Assembly (NCBI GenBank): GCA_963733195.1
Contig: CAVTCR010000058.1
Location: 1 to 64,000, forward strand
Source: an uncultured delta proteobacterium
GTDB taxonomy: Bacteria > Desulfobacterota > Binatia > Bin18
Length of the DNA: 64,000 bases
Direction of reading: 5' to 3'
The notes under the pieces were generated by a model. It was given only the letters and a program-made list of their open reading frames with translations. It searched no databases and was not told the origin of the DNA. Each line of letters starts with the position of its first letter. Position 1 is the first letter of the stretch. Positions 60,836 through 64,000 of the stretch are shown one piece after another. Position numbers and translations under genes: made by a program.

Positions 60836-60952
60836 TCACGCCTTCAGAAACTCCTCCACTGCAGCTCTGGTAATCCGAAATGTATCGCGTGAGTCATCCG
60901 TCCACTGAATGATGTCAATAAACTGACCGCGGATAAAATCCACCAACGCCAT
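60836..60952 (-). pseudogene. 38-aa remnant of an SPFH/YdjI-like gene
   Basis: SD AGGAGG; MALVDFIRGQFIDIIQWTDDSRDT followed by an unrelated FRITRAAVEEFLKA*. Confidence 0.6.
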
Positions 60953-60991
60953 GCGACCCTCCTGAATTGGACTGCAGCAATAATCTTAAAC

Positions 60992-61978
60992 CTATGCTGA
61001 CACTGATTCCAACTGACTATTTGCAACCGATCGATAACATGCCTCTGCGATAGCCACGGCGCGCAGCCCGTCTTCTGGCGTGATGGGAAACGGGGTATCG
61101 TTCAGGAGGCAGTCGACAAATATCTGCAGCGCTTCTCGTACTGTTGGGACTGGAGGATCGACTGGGAGTGGGATGCGTTCTCCACCTTTTATGAGGTGCG
61201 CAAATCCGTGATGATGATCGCCAACGAGTTGACCCTTCTCGCCAGAAATTTCGATCAATCCAGAGCGACTCGAGGTTGAACGAGAACCTGCCACTGCTCC
61301 GTGAATGGAGTGCAAGTGTGATGTATCGCTAAGCTGACAGAACATGGAGAAGTTATCTTCCGTCTCTTTTGTGAAAACCGTCTTTGTCTGGCACCAGACG
61401 TGAGTAACCTCGTAGCCGCTGAGAAAGCGAAGAAGGTCGAAACTATGCACCCCCGTATGGAGAATAATGCCACCACCACTTTCGGCTTTATGATCAAGCC
61501 ACACAAGTGGTGAAGGTTCAAAACGCTGACTGAGATACAACGAATGCAATGGTGCGATCTGGGGAATGTGTTGCTTGAGCGCTTGGACAACGGCATTGAA
61601 TCGCAGAGTGTGAGCGACCATGCATCGATTTGGACTATGAGAAAGAAACTCTTGTAACCGTCGGCCTTCAGCAACACTTACCGCAAACGGCTTCTCAAGC
61701 AAGATGTGTTTCCCAGCGTGGCAGGCAGCAGTGACAACCTCTCGATGGAGATACGGAGGAACCGCAACGGCAACAGCGTCGATCCGATCATCGGCGAGCA
61801 GTTGGCGATAGTCAGTGTAATATGTGCAATTGTATTTTGCTGCTAAGGCTTCACCTTCCAGTCGATCGCGGCGGCATACCGCAACAAGTTCAGCCTGTGG
61901 GATGTCTTCAACGATATGCTTAGCGTAACGACTGCCATGTTTCCCAGTGCCAACAAGTCCAAAGCGTATTGTTTCCAT
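60992..61978 (-). CDS. Gfo/Idh/MocA oxidoreductase
   Basis: FGLVGTGKHG, GKHILLEKP and GGGIILHTGVHSFD. Confidence 0.92.
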   Translation of the reverse strand: METIRFGLVGTGKHGSRYAKHIVEDIPQAELVAVCRRDRLEGEALAAKYNCTYYTDYRQLLADDRIDAVAVAVPPYLHREVVTAACHAGKHILLEKPFAVSVAEGRRLQEFLSHSPNRCMVAHTLRFNAVVQALKQHIPQIAPLHSLYLSQRFEPSPLVWLDHKAESGGGIILHTGVHSFDLLRFLSGYEVTHVWCQTKTVFTKETEDNFSMFCQLSDTSHLHSIHGAVAGSRSTSSRSGLIEISGEKGQLVGDHHHGFAHLIKGGERIPLPVDPPVPTVREALQIFVDCLLNDTPFPITPEDGLRAVAIAEACYRSVANSQLESVSA

Positions 61979-62141
61979 GAGAGAAACGTAACTGATCTCT
62001 AGTGGTCGGGCAAAGGAGACTTTAGTTTTTCTCATCCATCATTCATCGTAGAGTGAAGAATTGTGATTCGTTCTTCTTCTTGTCCCCGCGTTCGTAGAGG
62101 AGAGAAACTCTATCGGTTAGGCTACCTGTCCTTTCGGCTGT

Positions 62142-63411
62142 TTATCCTAGCTGCGAAAACACATACGGTCCCTCGGGGATGACAGCAACGGTCGCGTCTT
62201 TTGGCAGTTCTGCACACAGTGTGTCAACGGCACGCTGCGGTTCTTCAAACGCTGATCCCCATAAATAGCGACGATCCTCTACAGGAATGCCGGGCGTGCA
62301 AAACCAGACGCGGGCTCTTTGCATCACCAGTGCGAGTTTCTCTAATTGCCATTGATCAATCACCACTGGCTCTTTCGCCATCGTCTCAAGACACGTGCGT
62401 GAGTCAGGAAAAGCGACGAACGAACGCCGTGAATTCTGGACTCCCGAGTCCTTCCTGACACGCAGCTGCTAGGAGAATGGTGCCACCTTGCTTGACGATA
62501 TGTGAAGCGGCAGTGACGCCTTTGACCGCTTGATAGTATGTAAGATCAAGCGGATATCCAGCACAGGTTGTGATCACCGCATCGACTGGCTCAGCAAGTG
62601 ACGCGAGTGTCGTTGCTCGGACAAACTCGACACCTTTGGCATGAGCGGCAACTGGATTCCCGGCAAAGACTTGCGCAATCTGCCGTGAACGGGTGAGAGC
62701 GACATCAACGATAAAATCATGCCGTACCATCTGGGCGATCTCTAGTAACTCGTGGTGCAGTGGATTGTCGGGAAACGACCCTTCGACCACTTTAGGATCA
62801 CGCATGAAGAATGGACTGTGGAGTCGTTTAATCGTTTCTTCGCCGGCGAGACCAGGAGCAACCAGTTTTCGCCCACCAGAAAAGCCGAGCATCAAATGTG
62901 GCTCGATGAAGCCCAGGGAAATATGCAGATCGCTGTCAACGAAGCGTCGATCGATCAACACCCGCGTACCAGAACGAGTTGTGCCAAGGTCGGCGTGAGA
63001 AGCTGTGTCACGAGCATCATGGGAAGCAATCGTATAGCGACTGAGGATTTCTGGTCCGACGATAGTGTGAAGTTCTTGCTCGGTTGCTGCACGATGTAAG
63101 CCCGTCGCGATAAGAATAGTAATGCTTGAGCGCGGAATTCCAGCTTGCTCTAAGGTTGCCAAGACGTGTGGCAACACCACACGATTTGGTGCCGGGCGAG
63201 TGATGTCGCAGATCGAGATGGCAGCGCTCTTCTTGCCTCGCGCGAGATCAAGCAAAGCCGGAGCGTTAATCGGCTGACGTAATGCTTCGGCCAATGCCGC
63301 ATCAGCAGAGGGTACGGCTGCGGCAAACTTGGGTTCGAGTACATTTGCCTGTACGTGCGATGGAATCTCTACCTCTGCCCCTTGACGACCGAACGCGAGT
63401 TTCACTCTCAT
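62142..63411 (-). CDS. larA: Nickel-pincer-dependent LarA-family racemase/epimerase (frameshift near 62400)
   Basis: ICDITRP, IATGLHR, IEPHLMLGFSGGRK, GYPLDLTYYQAVKG, DQWQ and IPEGPY. Confidence 0.88.
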
Positions 63412-63485
63412 GGTTGACAGTTCTCCTCTCTCCTTCCTATAACCTGTCACTTGTTTTCTGTCACCTGAGCGAAAAAGGAGGAATT

Positions 63486-63935
63486 ATGGCAAAAAGTGTC
63501 GAAGCCCGGTTACAAGAGATGGAAGACCGCGAAGCAATCCGTGAGTTGCCACTCAAGTATTGTGATTTGGTGTGGAAAAAAGATGTCCCAGCGATCGTCA
63601 ACCTCTTCACTGAAGACGGTGAATTTGATGCCGGTGGTGCAGTCGCTCCTGCCAAAGGACGTGCAGGACTCCTGAAGGCGTACAACGAAGGACTTGGACT
63701 CGATCCCCGTCCTTACATTCACAATCACGTGTTTGAATTGCAAAGCTCGACCTGGGCAAAGGGCAACTGCTACTTGGATCTGCGCGCGACGCAGAATGGC
63801 AAAAGCATGATCGCCTCAGGCTATTATGATGATGTGTACAAGAAAGTCGGCGATGAGTGGAAATTTCGCTCCCGCAAGTTTCACATCCTGTTCTGGACGC
63901 CATTGACGGAAGGGTGGGCAGAGCAAAAAAAGTAA
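63486..63935 (+). CDS. SnoaL-like/NTF2 family protein
   Basis: LQEMEDREAIREL..Y...LFTEDG...GYYDD.Y.K....WKF; SD AGGAGG. Confidence 0.88.
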   Translation: MAKSVEARLQEMEDREAIRELPLKYCDLVWKKDVPAIVNLFTEDGEFDAGGAVAPAKGRAGLLKAYNEGLGLDPRPYIHNHVFELQSSTWAKGNCYLDLRATQNGKSMIASGYYDDVYKKVGDEWKFRSRKFHILFWTPLTEGWAEQKK

Positions 63936-64000
63936 CGAGGGTTGAGTAATGAGTGAAAAAGGCTACAGGCCGCAGGCTGTAGGCGGTAGAGGTTCTTCCC

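Noticed and set aside
1-64000. CRISPR array, rRNA, tRNA
   Set aside because: No regularly spaced repeat-spacer series and no recognisable rRNA or tRNA sequence was seen by eye; a covariance-model scan was not possible.

Overview
64 kb of bacterial chromosome with moderate GC content. The gene repertoire (many sigma54 activators, amidohydrolases, a CoA-transferase, cyclase-TPR paralogs, heptamer intergenic repeats) suggests a deltaproteobacterial/Binatia-like organism; this is inference only. Many otherwise intact genes carry single-base frameshifts, most likely long-read errors. Core genes are ileS-lspA, metH, amt, htpX, menA, a larA-family gene and CYTH-CHAD/sixA. Mobile DNA comprises an IS701-type end, an IS1, an IS4/IS701-like element, a 170-bp MITE and several REP-like families. 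No rRNA, tRNA or CRISPR array was seen. Best leads: (1) a candidate cyclic-nucleotide/sigma54 circuit at 21.7-32.3 kb, with two adenylate cyclase-TPR paralogs, an MMPL transporter with a C-terminal cNMP-binding domain, a PDE-type GAF sigma54 activator and an MBL hydrolase; both flanking genes carry correctly spaced -24/-12 promoters. (2) A non-coding segment at 50100-51912 bounded by ~45-bp inverted repeats, packed with repeated binding-site-like motifs and split by an IS, upstream of an RfaH/UpxY-like antiterminator (invertible switch, MITE or duplicated leader). (3) Two glycine-zipper/OmpA gene pairs, one sharing a promoter-like motif with a neighbouring ECF sigma gene. (4) Several deletion scars that leave short or chimeric ORFs.
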